Source: Diplonema japonicum (lineage: Eukaryota > Protista > Euglenozoa: Diplonemea). Taken from it: 64,000 bases of DNA. The notes under the pieces are model-generated. The model saw only the letters and a list, made by a program, of their open reading frames with translations. It did not search any database and was not told the DNA's origin. Where the stretch lies: positions 186,001 through 250,000 of the forward strand of contig OZ025708.1 of the NCBI GenBank assembly GCA_964019335.1, written 5' to 3'. The position numbers were made by a program, and so were the translations under genes. Within the stretch, counting starts at the first letter, position 1. Every line of letters begins with the position of its first letter. Shown piece after piece: positions 22,501 to 33,741 of the stretch.

Positions 22501-25500
22501 TTCTCCAAGTCTAGCCCATCTTCGTCAGTGTCTTCATCCGAGCTGCTGGCATCGTCGTCCTCATCAGCATCGACCTCCGCGTGCATCTGTTCTGTTCTGT
22601 CAGTCATGGAACGTTCAATTTCTCGCACGGTATGCTCCTCTAGCTCTTCCTCTTCCAGTGCCAGCAGCTCCTCCTCTGCCAGCTGTTGTTCCAACTCCGT
22701 CTTGACCCCTTGGTCGGTTTCCGATCTGCTTTTCTCCGCGAGGTTTTGCATCCTCTGCCGAGCCTTCTTTCGCTTCCTCTCCCCTGCTGCGCGCACCACC
22801 TTCACCGCAGTCTTATCGCTGCCCATCATGCGGGTGATGATATCGCGTCTTCGCTGCTTCCCTTTGATGATATGCCGTGCCACCTCGTCCTGCAGGGTCT
22901 GCACGGGGTCTTGCTGAGCTTCTTCGAAGCGCAGTCTCCTCTCGATATAAGCCCTCTCGCGCATGCGCCCCTCTTTCAAGATCTTCTGGTACACTGCTTT
23001 CTCGTTAGCGATAAGCTCTTTCAGAAATTTTATTTCTTCCTCCACCTGGACCTTGTCCTCTACCACGCTGTGTTCTGCTTCCAGCTCAGCCAGCTCGTCC
23101 TCAAGCCCATTAATAATGCTATCATGAGTTTCTATCACGTGCGTCCGCTCACGTGCCCTCTCGAGCCCTTCTTGTTTCTCCATCTCTTCCACTTTGCGCA
23201 TTCTCTTCACCTGCCGTGCTTTTTTCTTCCCCCTCTTTATCTCTTGTTCGGTGTTTGTGATAGCCGCGTCTAGCTCTTCCTTTTCCTGCTCCGCAGCCCC
23301 TGCGGATGCGCTGTCCTTTACACTCTGTTGGCTGTGTTCACTTTTCTTCCGCCTCCTCGTGTTGCCTGCTGGAGATGTACTGGCTGAGCTGTCCACGTCG
23401 GGGTGCGTGCTGCTTGTTGACATCCCGAGCTGTTCTCCGCTCGACGTACCCTCGCCTTTATGCCCGTATGTGCTGTTCATTCTCCCTTGCTGTCTGGACA
23501 CCGCACGGCTGCTGCGCCTGTTGCCAGTGTTGCCCACTGCCCGACTACTCTTTCTGCTTGCCCGTCTTTCACGAGTGCTTCCCGTTTCTGCAGTACCTAA
23601 CGCATGGTTCTTCTCCACCCCACCTCCGCGTGCCCACTTCTTCTGCTCAGCAGCGTCACTTCCGTCACTGTCGGCCTCGTCTGTTCCTCTGTGGCTCGGT
23701 CTCTGTCTGTCTGAAGCTTCCCTGCTCCCGTGTTTCCTGTCTCCGCCTCGGTCCTTGTCGGCGCTAGTATTCTTACTACGATCCCTGTTCTGAGGCTCAA
23801 CACCGCTCTCTGTATGTTTACCTTTCTCAGCTGGGTCTTTGTTGCGTGTCTCGTTGCCCCTGCCCTCATCTTTGTTCTTGTAACTATCTCTGTCTCTGCG
23901 TCTGTCAGCGCTGTCCATGGTTGTATCCCTTTCTCCGCCACCCCACCCCTGTCCCTCTGTAGCTCTGCCAGTATCGTGCGATAGCTTGCGATCTTTTCTG
24001 GCATGTGCATCAGTGCGCGCGCCACTGTCGCCACCCATGCGGCTATTGACTTCTGCGACGTTCGTGCCGTTCCCACTCACCTTTCGTTTGTCGTAGCCTT
24101 CCCCACCTCGGTGTGTCTTGCTTGTACTTATCTTAGGGGAGACAGATTTTGTTCTGCCGTCACTTGCTGTATTCTGACTACTGCCACGTGTGTCGTAAGT
24201 CCCTTTTGTTCTTCCACCGTCCGTGGCACTGCGGGAGTCCCTATCTGTGTCACCACCGCGGCTACCACCAACATCGCCTTTTTTACTGTCATTGTGTCTA
24301 TCACTCTGGGCCATAGTCTTTCCGTTGTTGTCGCTGTGGTCAGTCTCATGCTGTGTCCTGTCTAAGCTTTTGCTTTCTCTATGTGTGCCACTCCCCTCTC
24401 GGGTGCTGTCTTTTCTGTCGCTGTCTCGGTTACTCCTCTCATTGTCGTTGTTGCAATTTCCTTCTACATGCCTGCTACCTTCGTCGTCGCTGCTGCCTGA
24501 ATGGTTTGGCACGCCGTCCTTGCTTCTTCTGTCGTTGGAGCGCTCCCTGCTAGATCTGTCTTCCATGTTGCTCCCTCTTTCTCCGTCTCGCTCTCTCTTT
24601 GCATTATCACTTGTATCCCTGCTGCTACGTTTGTTCATATTCCCAGCTCTGCTGCTAGTGTCAGCGTCAGCACCCCCGCGTACAGAACGGCTCTGCTCCT
24701 TGCCCGTGCCTCCCCTTCTACCTCCGTCGTCGTCACTGTATGTGTCGTCAGCTCCGCCTGCATCCTTATTTCTGGTTTTGCCGTCCCTATTGCTTCTCTC
24801 CTTTCTTTCCCTATCGCTACTCCTCTTAGATTTGTCCCCTTCGTTCCTTGTGACCCCGTCCTTCTCTTGACTAGCTTTGCTCTTAGTTCCGTCATTCTCA
24901 GGGCCCCTGTCTCTGTCATGCTCCGTTCCACGATTCGGGTCTCCGTCCTTGTCAGTATCTTTGAAACTGCTCCTGGTTTCGCTGTCTCTGTTTACTTCGA
25001 CTCCACCTTTATCTCTCTTACTATTAGCTTTGTCTCTTGATTTTTCTTTGTCCCTGCCCCCATTCCTGTCTGTTCCATCTCTGGCTGTTCCTTCTCTGTC
25101 TTTGTCTATTCCATCCCTGTCTTCGTCAGTTCTATTCCTATCTCTGTCTGTTCCACCCCTGTCTCTGGTTCCACCCCTGTCCCTATCTTTGTTCTTGTCG
25201 TTTCCCCCGATACGTTCGCTGTCCACGCCCCTTTCTTTGTCTCCTTTGTCTCTGTCCCTCTCGTTTCCCCCTGTTTTCCTATCGTCGTACTCACTTCTGT
25301 CTTTGCCCCCCGTTCTATCTCTGTCGCTATACCTTCTGCCCTCTTCCCTGTCTCTATCCCTGTCAGTATCCCCGTTATTACCTTTGACCCCTCTGCTGTT
25401 CCCGTTCTTGGAGTCTCGAGCTCCGTCTTTATCTGTGCCCTTATTTCCTTCGCTCTCCTTGTTCTTGACAGCACTGTCGTACTCTTTCTTGTTGTTATCC

Positions 25501-26852
25501 TTCCCCGACCTGTGCCGCTCCCTGTCCCGCTCATCTCTTCCCTTGTCCTCTTCACCTTTACTAATATCCTGATGACGCGCTCTCTCATGGTTACTTACCT
25601 TTTCAGGTATTCCCATTGCACTGTCCCCGCCTCTAGTTTCCCCGCTGGATGGATCGCCTTCCCGTCTGCTAACATCGGCCCCGTCCTTGTCACCATCTTG
25701 TCTTCCACCGTTATCGTCGTAGTCGCCTCTCTTAACGGCTTGTGGGAGAGCGGCAGTACGCTTCTGCGGGAGTGGGGGTGGCGGCTCTCTCCACCTGCGG
25801 GGCGCGGGTGGGGAGTAGTGTGGCTCTTGGCGGCAGATCTTGATGCAGGCTTCTAAAAGCTCCACGTATTCAGCTACGTCTGTCGTCTCGCACCACACGT
25901 CGGCAAACTGGAACATGGCGTCCGCGAACATGGCTTGGTCCACGTGCTCCTTGCCTTGGGAGTCGGCCTTCCAGTCTTGCCCGATGCACATTTCCATCTC
26001 TTCCTCGTCGCTGTACGGCACAAAGGCGTGGAAGAGCTTCTTGCTGAGCCATGTGTAAATGCTTAGGTCGATAGCAGTGGAGTCGGGTGTGCACTTCGGC
26101 ATGATATTCCACCATGTGTCCAGACACCTGACGATGTGGGTGTTGGTCTTGTTCCGCTTCCGGCGCTGCTGGTTGTCCGCCGAGTACATGTCGAGGTTGC
26201 CTTGCAGGCGGTACGTTTGCTTCAACTCCGACTCGTCGGTCGCCTCACAGATAATGCCGTGCTTTGTGATAGCCCTCTTCAGCCCTTCCTTCACCTTTGT
26301 GTACCTAGCCTCCCTGGCGTCGGGTAGGCCTTGGTTTAGCTTGTTCAACTTTTTTGTGAGCTCTTTCGACTCGTAGTTGATGCGCAGCCGTCTTGTCAGC
26401 TCCTCGTTCTTCGCACGGATAGCCTCCCGTATCCCTTGGAACCTTGAGGTACTGCTGTCGACGGGCTTCCGCTGCAGTACCACCTGCCACACAGACAAGG
26501 TACCACTCTCTCTCCTAGGGACTTCTAGCGGGCTTTCATCTTCGGAAGCTGGTGGCTCTGGAGGTGTATCTGTTATAGCCAACGCTGCTTGTTTTTCTTC
26601 ATTCTCCCTTTCTTTTTCTTTCTCCCTCTCTTTTTCTTTCTCCCTCTCTTTTTCTTTTTCCTCTTTTTCTTTTTCCTTCTCCTTCTGTGCCAAGATCCTT
26701 TTCTGTCTTAATAAGCTGCTTCGCTTTTTCTCTTCTCTCCTTTCTCTGTCTTTTTCCTCTCGTAGTTCCCGTTCCAGCTCTCTCGCTGCCTCTGATGCTT
26801 CGGAAGACCGTCCTGTCAGGGTGGACCCCCCCACAGTGAGGGAGTTGTCCAT
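19526..26852 (-). CDS. Giant (~2,400 aa) protein: low-complexity D/R/G region, long coiled coil, RNI-like LRRs, C-terminal EF-hands
   Basis: 7.3-kb ORF; LDLSCNYI, INVRDNGL and IDVSGN LRR motifs; DLNGDGVISVAE EF-hand. Intron 19574-19625 completes a further EF-hand DTDQD|DVLTLEEF. Confidence 0.8.
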
Positions 26853-26980
26853 TGCACCCCCCCCGCTTGTGTGCAGTTTATAAAGAAACGAACAAAAAGG
26901 AAAAATATGGATAGAAAAAAAAGATATTAAAAAAGGAGAGAAAGAGCTTAATATAGAAATGTTAATCTAACGCACCAGGG

Positions 26981-28258
26981 CTATCCGAGGACTGCGTCCG
27001 TGAGGTAGTCCTCCAGCTCGATGTGCTCTGTGATGCCGTCGGTGTGGCACACGGGGTGGCCCGCAAGGTGTTTGATCAGGTATTGTTCCATCTTTCTGCC
27101 GTAGTGGCCAAAGTGCGGCTTTTTCGGAAGATACACCAACCCCGACTTGATCATCTGGTAGGTGGAGGAGCACATCCTGCCAGCAACCGCAGTGATGTAC
27201 CACCTAGTGTCGAACACAGTCGGTGCGTTGACCCAATGTGCCGAGCGTGTGCACGACACGAAGGGATCCCTGTCGTACCTGACAAGCCTCTCAGCAACGA
27301 ACCACTCAGGAGGGCCCGGATCCCGTATCCACACCATGTGGCACATCAACTCCCGGTACTGTGTATCGGACGCAGAGCCAGCACCCCCAGTTCCGTTCTT
27401 GCTCAGCCACAGCAACCACTCTCTGCATGCGTAAGTCATGCACCGTGTGGAAGGGGTGGGAATCTGGTGCTGTATCCTTCTGCACGTGGCGAGCCTCTTC
27501 ACCCGTTCCTCCTCGGGACGTGCGGCCCACCCGTGCGAAATGTCAACGCAGGTCTTCCAACACTCGGTGATGTCACCTTCGTGCTGGTGCGGGCGGGTCA
27601 GTTCAACAGGTGGAACGCCACGTTCCTCTTTCCACTTGAGGTACATGTCGACATCCATCTGCGACATGCCCATCCTGTGGATGATGACGTAGGGCGTTGC
27701 TATAGACTCCACGACGCTGAGGGCGGTGTCGAGGACGGTGGCGACACGGTTCCTGTAGTGTGAGGTGAATTCGTTGGTGCGTCGCATGGTGGGGCGGTCG
27801 TTCTCCGTGAAGAGAATCTGCCGTGTACGGACCTCAAGTACGGAGGCAAGGAGGGCGAAGGGGTGCAACCTGTTTTTCGCAGAGCAGATGATGCGGACGT
27901 CTACTTTTGCGGTGCTGAAGATCTCATTTGTCACCGCTGTGTCGTTGCAGGTACACTTGTTGATGTGCACCACGACCTGACGCAGCTTCGGGTGGTACAA
28001 GAATCCAGACGCCACCCATGACTTGTACGTGTTCCGCATAGTGTCGTGTCCCTTGTACGTCGTGATCAGCAATGTATAACCCTCTATGAGCTCCTCTTCT
28101 TCAGGTGGGCCCGCCGACACCATTTCGCATAATTCTGCGGGTCCGGCACTCCCTTCTACCACGCCATATTTTGTGCAGCTCCCGTCCTGCACACCGTTGC
28201 TGTTTTGCACTGCAACTGAAGTTATTGTTAATATTGTTAAGATAGTTCGTGGTAACAT
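26981..28258 (-). CDS. Secreted/membrane hypothetical protein, possible GT-A glycosyltransferase
   Basis: Hydrophobic N-terminus; YTLLITTYKG first strand and ILFTEND (DxD-like) motif. Confidence 0.5.
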   Translation of the reverse strand: MLPRTILTILTITSVAVQNSNGVQDGSCTKYGVVEGSAGPAELCEMVSAGPPEEEELIEGYTLLITTYKGHDTMRNTYKSWVASGFLYHPKLRQVVVHINKCTCNDTAVTNEIFSTAKVDVRIICSAKNRLHPFALLASVLEVRTRQILFTENDRPTMRRTNEFTSHYRNRVATVLDTALSVVESIATPYVIIHRMGMSQMDVDMYLKWKEERGVPPVELTRPHQHEGDITECWKTCVDISHGWAARPEEERVKRLATCRRIQHQIPTPSTRCMTYACREWLLWLSKNGTGGAGSASDTQYRELMCHMVWIRDPGPPEWFVAERLVRYDRDPFVSCTRSAHWVNAPTVFDTRWYITAVAGRMCSSTYQMIKSGLVYLPKKPHFGHYGRKMEQYLIKHLAGHPVCHTDGITEHIELEDYLTDAVLG

Positions 28259-28492
28259 TTTTTTTTTTTTCTCTTTTTTCCCTCGTGTGTAAAAAGAAGG
28301 GAAAGAGTGTACTGGTGGAGATTCGGGACAAACTCTTTATTTTAAACTGAAAAAACGAGAGCCATTCCCACACTGTTTTTTTTTTTTTTTTTTTTTTTTC
28401 TTTTTCTTTTTTCTTTTTTGGAAAATGGAAATAAAATTAAAGTGAGAAAGGGGAAAATGACACCTCCCCCCCCACTCCCCCCCGGCCCCCAT

Positions 28493-29520
28493 TTAATATC
28501 TGTAACGGTCGTAATCTTTGCTGCTTTGAGCTTCCCTCTTTTGATCTCTCCTGTGAGGTTTTTTTTTTTTTTTTTTCCCTTGAATTTTACATACCTTGCT
28601 TCTCTGTCAGCGTCCTCGTCCTTGGCACTACCGGTTTCTTTCTTCTCGTTGGCCATCTGCTTCTCTCGGAACCTACAAAGAATTACAAAAAAAAGGGGGG
28701 GGAGTTGCATACTGCTTCCTCAACTCTCTTCTTCTTTCCTGTGTTTCCCTCAGCTCCTTCAACTTATTACGGATCTGTTCGTAACCCAAATGCTGCTTAC
28801 CAACTAAATGGCGGGCATCTGCCTGTTCGTCACCCACACCAATGAGGACACCACAGATATCGCAAACACCAAGGACTTTTCCAGTCTTTTGAAGGAAAAA
28901 AAAAAAGAAAATTACATTATTTTTTTTTACCCCCTCCCCTCCTGCAATACCTCCAGAGTTCTTTTGTTCTCTATTTCGCGGGTCTTTCTCTTCACTTCTT
29001 GCTGGAGGGACTCGATCTTCATCATCATTGCTTTCGCTTCTTCAAAGCGACCCTCGTCGTTCAAATTGTCCATCTCTTCTGTATTCTTTTCGATTTCAGT
29101 CTCCAAGACTGCCTTCTGCTGTACCATCTCCGGGTCAGGAGGCGGGAGGTGGTTGAGATCGGCCTGTGACTTCTCCTTCCTCTTGGAAATCCTAAGTTCG
29201 ATGCCACGCACAATGTCCTCCAGGAACACCTGGAAGTCGTCCTCGTACCTGTAGCTTGCCCGCTCTCCGTCTGAAAGCTTCTCCCACATCTCCCTCATCA
29301 TGTCGGAGTGGTTCAAATTGCACTGCCCTAGATCAGACTTTGTGTTGGTAAACAGCATGTAAGGGCAGAAACCCGACAAATAGTACTTGCAGTAATCGTC
29401 ATCGCTGAAGTGGTTCCTCCGCCTCCTCCTCTCCGACAGCGGTTTGTTCCTATCCTTCCCCATCAGCTCGTCCATCATCGCCCTGGCCACCTTGCGCGCT
29501 CCTGCTCCTCCTCCGCCCAT
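28493..29520 (-). CDS. LUC7: LUC7-like U1 snRNP protein, 4 exons
   Basis: RAMMDELMGKDRN; ZnF1 CKYYLSGFCPYMLFTNTKSDLGQC...H; ZnF2 VCDICG...HLVGKQHLGY after splicing introns 28886-28950, 28673-28712 and 28551-28594. Confidence 0.93.
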
Positions 29521-29695
29521 TTCTCTTTTTTTTTTTTCTCTTATTCCCCCCCTTTCTTTTTTTTGAGACTCTGCACTGCACACGTGGATAATAATACTAA
29601 ACAGTGGGAAAAGGATAATAATATAGGGGTGGTGTTATGAAACCCCACCAGAAGAAAATGAGAAGGGAAAAAAGGAGGGACACTGAATGGACTTT

Positions 29696-31342
29696 TTATG
29701 TAGTTGCAGCTGGCCCATCGCCCTCCGCTGTTGTGCAGACGTGGCTTTCAGGAGGAAAAAGTGAGTTTTTCAGTCCGTGGAGCTGTGCTTTGACGGCAGC
29801 ATGGTGTGTGAAGCAGCAGCTATCCATGACTGCCGCATGCATCCTCTGAAGGGTGGCTGGGAGATCCTTCGGGTGCGTCACGATGTCGTCAGGGAGAGTA
29901 ATGAGCTTTTCGGCGATATGATGAAGATCAAGATTATTTGCCAACGCGATGCGACGGAGCTTCGGAGCAGTAGGAGTGAAGACGGGGTACAGGGGCGGGA
30001 GGTCCAAAAGGTGCTGGAGCAACCCGACTGCAAACGAAGGGCATCGGGGCTCAGGCGCTTCCGAAAGCACCCGCGAGACCTCAGCACAGTGCTGCAGGAC
30101 GGACAAAGCAGGCCCCGGGAGAGCCATGCTCTGCCCTTGCGGTACAGGCGATGACGGCCGGAATAGCGCCACTCCCGTCGTCACGTTTTGATAGAAATTG
30201 AAGTGGTAGCGGTTGACGCCTTGCTCGAGGACGAACTCCACAGAGTAACTAGGCAGCAGCATTGTCACAGGCCGTCCCTCGGCATCCGAAAGTCCTGTAT
30301 AGAACGGGATAGCAAAGGGAAGGTCAATGTAGCCGCCCCATTGCCTCATGAACAAGGAGGTTCTGATGTCACTGTTCTCAGCATTCATGTGAAGCTTTGC
30401 CTTCACAGTGCATCCCGCCGTCAGCAGCTCGGTAGCCCCTAGCTTCAACGTATTCTTGTTAAGAATAATGCATAGCAACCGTGCACAGAGGGTGTCAACT
30501 TGCAGGCTGCTGTCGACCCTTCCACCTGACCCGATGCAGAAGTTCGGGATCCCCCACTGCTTGCCTGCTAATGTCACAGTGGCCTGTTTTCGCCTGTCGG
30601 GGTTCAGGCCCAGCTGCTTCGCGATGCTGTGTGCGGCATTGGGGATGTGGTCTAAAATGAAGTTGTCTGGGAGATGGAGATCCTGTCCGTTCACCGAGTG
30701 TTCTTCCCCCCTCTCCAAAGTCGATGTGAAGCCCATGTCGGGTCGTCCGCTGCCTTCACGTCCGGAGCATAGCATCGTGGCAGACAGTCCTGGACCTTCA
30801 CCGGTTACTGCAGCCCTTTCGATCTCTTGTGCATAGCGGGCAGCATCCACGTCACCCGCCAACAGTTGCCCAAAGTATCTGCACACGACCCTCGCGGGTT
30901 CTAAAGGCACCGCAGACAGGAACCCTGAAAGTGAGCCAACGCGTGAGAAATGCACACACAGTTCGGGCTTCAGTCGGAAGATTCCAGTGTTTCGTTCAGC
31001 ACTGGCAGTCGTACAAGGCGCTGTTCCTTTCACGTCGGATTCCGTCAGGACGAAGTTGCCCTGTGCAGCGCACCTGTGCACGACGCTCCGAAGCCACTCA
31101 GGGGCAGCGTCCCAGCTTTTAGCGACTTCGTTCTTTCTTTCTGAAGTCAGTTGTTCAAAGTTCTCTTTGAATGCCGGGTATCTTGCAAGCACGCTGCATA
31201 ATGGAGATCCCAACACAGTCTCGAACACACCATTGCTGCTGGGCCGCTTCTCAATGTCGCGGTAGGCAGACGACCCACGTCGGGACAACTGTGGGGTCGG
31301 CACAGAGCCATCAAAGTATTTAAGTTTCTTCAGCGACGTCAT
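29696..31342 (-). CDS. Hypothetical protein (548 aa)
   Basis: Long GC-balanced ORF from MTSLKK; upstream A-rich stretch looks like a 5'UTR intron or UTR; no family recognised. Confidence 0.65.
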   Translation of the reverse strand: MTSLKKLKYFDGSVPTPQLSRRGSSAYRDIEKRPSSNGVFETVLGSPLCSVLARYPAFKENFEQLTSERKNEVAKSWDAAPEWLRSVVHRCAAQGNFVLTESDVKGTAPCTTASAERNTGIFRLKPELCVHFSRVGSLSGFLSAVPLEPARVVCRYFGQLLAGDVDAARYAQEIERAAVTGEGPGLSATMLCSGREGSGRPDMGFTSTLERGEEHSVNGQDLHLPDNFILDHIPNAAHSIAKQLGLNPDRRKQATVTLAGKQWGIPNFCIGSGGRVDSSLQVDTLCARLLCIILNKNTLKLGATELLTAGCTVKAKLHMNAENSDIRTSLFMRQWGGYIDLPFAIPFYTGLSDAEGRPVTMLLPSYSVEFVLEQGVNRYHFNFYQNVTTGVALFRPSSPVPQGQSMALPGPALSVLQHCAEVSRVLSEAPEPRCPSFAVGLLQHLLDLPPLYPVFTPTAPKLRRIALANNLDLHHIAEKLITLPDDIVTHPKDLPATLQRMHAAVMDSCCFTHHAAVKAQLHGLKNSLFPPESHVCTTAEGDGPAATT

Positions 31343-31364
31343 ACCTTTCTTAATTTCTTTATTT

Positions 31365-31401
<37 letters not shown>

Positions 31402-31654
31402 TGAAAAAAATACAAATATAAAAAACCTTATTAAGCAATTGACAGGAAGGGACAGAATAAGGGGGGATAGCTAAACCTAAAAAAAGGCACAGCAGTGAAG
31501 CCAAAGCCTCTCAACAGAAGCACCTACTGAAATCGGAATTTGGTGGAACAGCAGAACAGCAGAACCAGAACGAGAGAACGAGGTGGGTGGGGGATTTCTT
31601 CTTTTTTTCTCACACCCAAAAGGGGTGCCTACTCACACCTAGTACAGGAGGTGA

Positions 31655-32380
31655 CCTACCTCCCTCTATCAGCGTTTAGTGTTTATCAGTGTTTTATGAA
31701 GAACAAGGAAAAAGAGAGGCAAAAAACCCACTTCTATTTTTTGGCAAATACTTGTAAAAGAAAGGAGAGGGCTTGGCCAAAAAAAAAAAAAAGTTGTCTC
31801 GATTTTAGTGGTGCCATGCAGTATGTGACACAGCGGCCACCCTTGTGAAACTTCGCCCCGAAGCCTCCCAAGTCCCCTGTGGTCCCGTAGAAAGTAAAAG
31901 TGGAGAGGTAAAGAAAGCTTGGAAATTGAAATAGGGAGAGGGGCCACAGAAGCAATTAAACACCAACTAGAGAGTTGTGGGAGGCTTGCTTCACTGGCAC
32001 GATGCCGCGGGGAGGCTACTTGCCTGACCTGGTGAAGCCACCTCCTTGTTCGATGTAATGGGATAAGGGACTCTCCGTTGAGGGCGATGCTAACTGGCGC
32101 CACGCATAGGGTGGGCTCTCCACCCCCGTCCAGGTTTCCCCACGTGTACGGCTTTAGAACGAGAGTTTCCCTTTCGCTTGTGTTTCTCCAAACCACAATT
32201 ACCAGGAACCACCACAGGGAGGTTGGAAACATTGGTCCCCACCTACCTCCCTCTATCAGCGTTTAGTGTTTATCAGTGTTTTATGAAGAAAAAGGAAAAA
32301 GAGAGGCAAAAAACCCACTTCTATTTTTTGGCAAATACTTGTAAAAGAAAGGAGAGGGCTTGGCCAAAAAAAAAAAAAAA
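31655..32380. repeat. ~135-bp direct repeat (31655-31790 and 32242-32380)
   Basis: CCTACCTCCC..TCTATCAGCGTTTAGTGTTTATCAGTG...GGCTTGGCCAAAAA nearly identical in both copies. Confidence 0.9.
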
Positions 32381-32748
32381 AAGAAATTTATTTAACCAGT
32401 GTTGGGTCGTTCCCTCAAGGGAATTTGAAAAAACGGGGGAATGAAAGGGAATGGGGGAACGGAGGGAATGGGGGGAACAAAGGTGGGGGAATGAGATTTT
32501 CCATTGTACTAAGGCAGAAATATTGGCCAGGGGCTTGCATTCTTTTGGTAGTTTTGTTTTCAAAAGTTCAAAAAAAGGGGCTGTAGGTTTGTTAAGGAAA
32601 CCAGTGTGGGAGGTAAGCTGTTGTTACAAGATTTTTCTAAAGGGAAATTTGGCCTTGGGGGGGTGAAAAAAAATCTTTTTCTGGGGCCCTCAAGATGGAC
32701 TTGTTTTATTTTTTTGTAAAAAGAATTTTTTTTTTTCCCCAGTAGAGC

Positions 32749-32860
32749 CAGTGTTGGTCAGTCCCGTCCCGTCCCCTAAAACGGAATACGGGCCTGGACG
32801 GGACTCACGGGACTCCACGGGACGGGACTCGACGGGATTCACGGGACTCACGGGACTCTC
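32749..32860. mobile_element. Solo hAT-like transposon terminus
   Basis: CAGTGTTGGTCAGTCCCGTCCCGTCCC followed by about six ACGGGA(C/T)T subterminal repeats; matching other end not seen. Confidence 0.45.
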
Positions 32861-33229
32861 CCCAACTTGTCTTCTCACATTTTTTCGCACACCTAAGCCA
32901 AGCTGTTGTTTCTGCTTTCCGCATCAAATGTTGTATTTGGATGTAATAGAAAAGGAGGGAAATAATAAATAATATGTATAAGAGGAGGGTGTGTATGTTT
33001 ATACAACCTGTGTAAACAGATCGGTTCTTTGCTTTCAGCGCCGTGCCCCTAATGTGTGCGATGTACAGCTCAACCCCTGCATCGCACTGCCTGTTTGTTG
33101 CACATATTTTCATGTTGTCCCCCACCTGAAAATAATATATAGGAGATAAATATATGAGTTAAAGGAGGCTGGTGTTGGCAGCACCCTGCACAAGAACTGT
33201 CTACTTGATTACAGGGGGGTGCACCACAG

Positions 33230-33530
33230 CCGAGTTGTAGCTTCTTCTGCGTTCTGCATCGTTTCCTTAATCACCGCGGCCGGGATGTAGCTTCTTCTGC
33301 GTTCCACATCGTGCCCTTAATCACTGCAGCCAGGTTGTAACTTCTTGCATTCTGTGTCATTTCCTTAACCACCACGGCCGGGTTGTAGCTTCTTCTGCAT
33401 TCTGCGTCGTGTCCTTTATCACCATGGCTGAGTTGTAGCTTTTTGTGTTCCGTGTCATTTCCTTAATCACGATGGCCAGACGGCGGGGTTGTAGCTTCTT
33501 CTGCATTCTGTGTTGTGTCCTTAATGTGTG
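33230..33530. repeat. ~50-bp minisatellite, 6 copies, inside a dispersed repeat family
   Basis: GTAGCTTCTTCTGC(G/A)TT...CCTTAATCAC period at about 33237, 33287, 33337, 33384, 33436 and 33491. Confidence 0.85.
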
Positions 33531-33692
33531 TGGTGTTCAGCTCAACCCCAGCCAGGGCACCCCAGGTAACCAAGATTCTGCACTTGTGTTGTTTGCTCAG
33601 TGATGACAGATGAGGAGGTCAACAGTGAACAACACATCTGATGTTTTTCTTATATTTTCATGTTATCCCCACCACCTGAAAAAGAAGATAAA

Positions 33693-33741
<49 letters not shown>

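Noticed and set aside
31981-32050. GCC-TCCCCGC-GGC on the minus strand resembling the P3/L3 of an HDV-like ribozyme
   Set aside because: No consistent P1, P1.1 (GG) or P2 pairing could be built.
33230-33530. Regularly spaced repeats considered as a CRISPR-like array (also 5309-6000)
   Set aside because: The units are contiguous degenerate tandem copies with no unique spacers, the context is eukaryotic and there are no cas genes.
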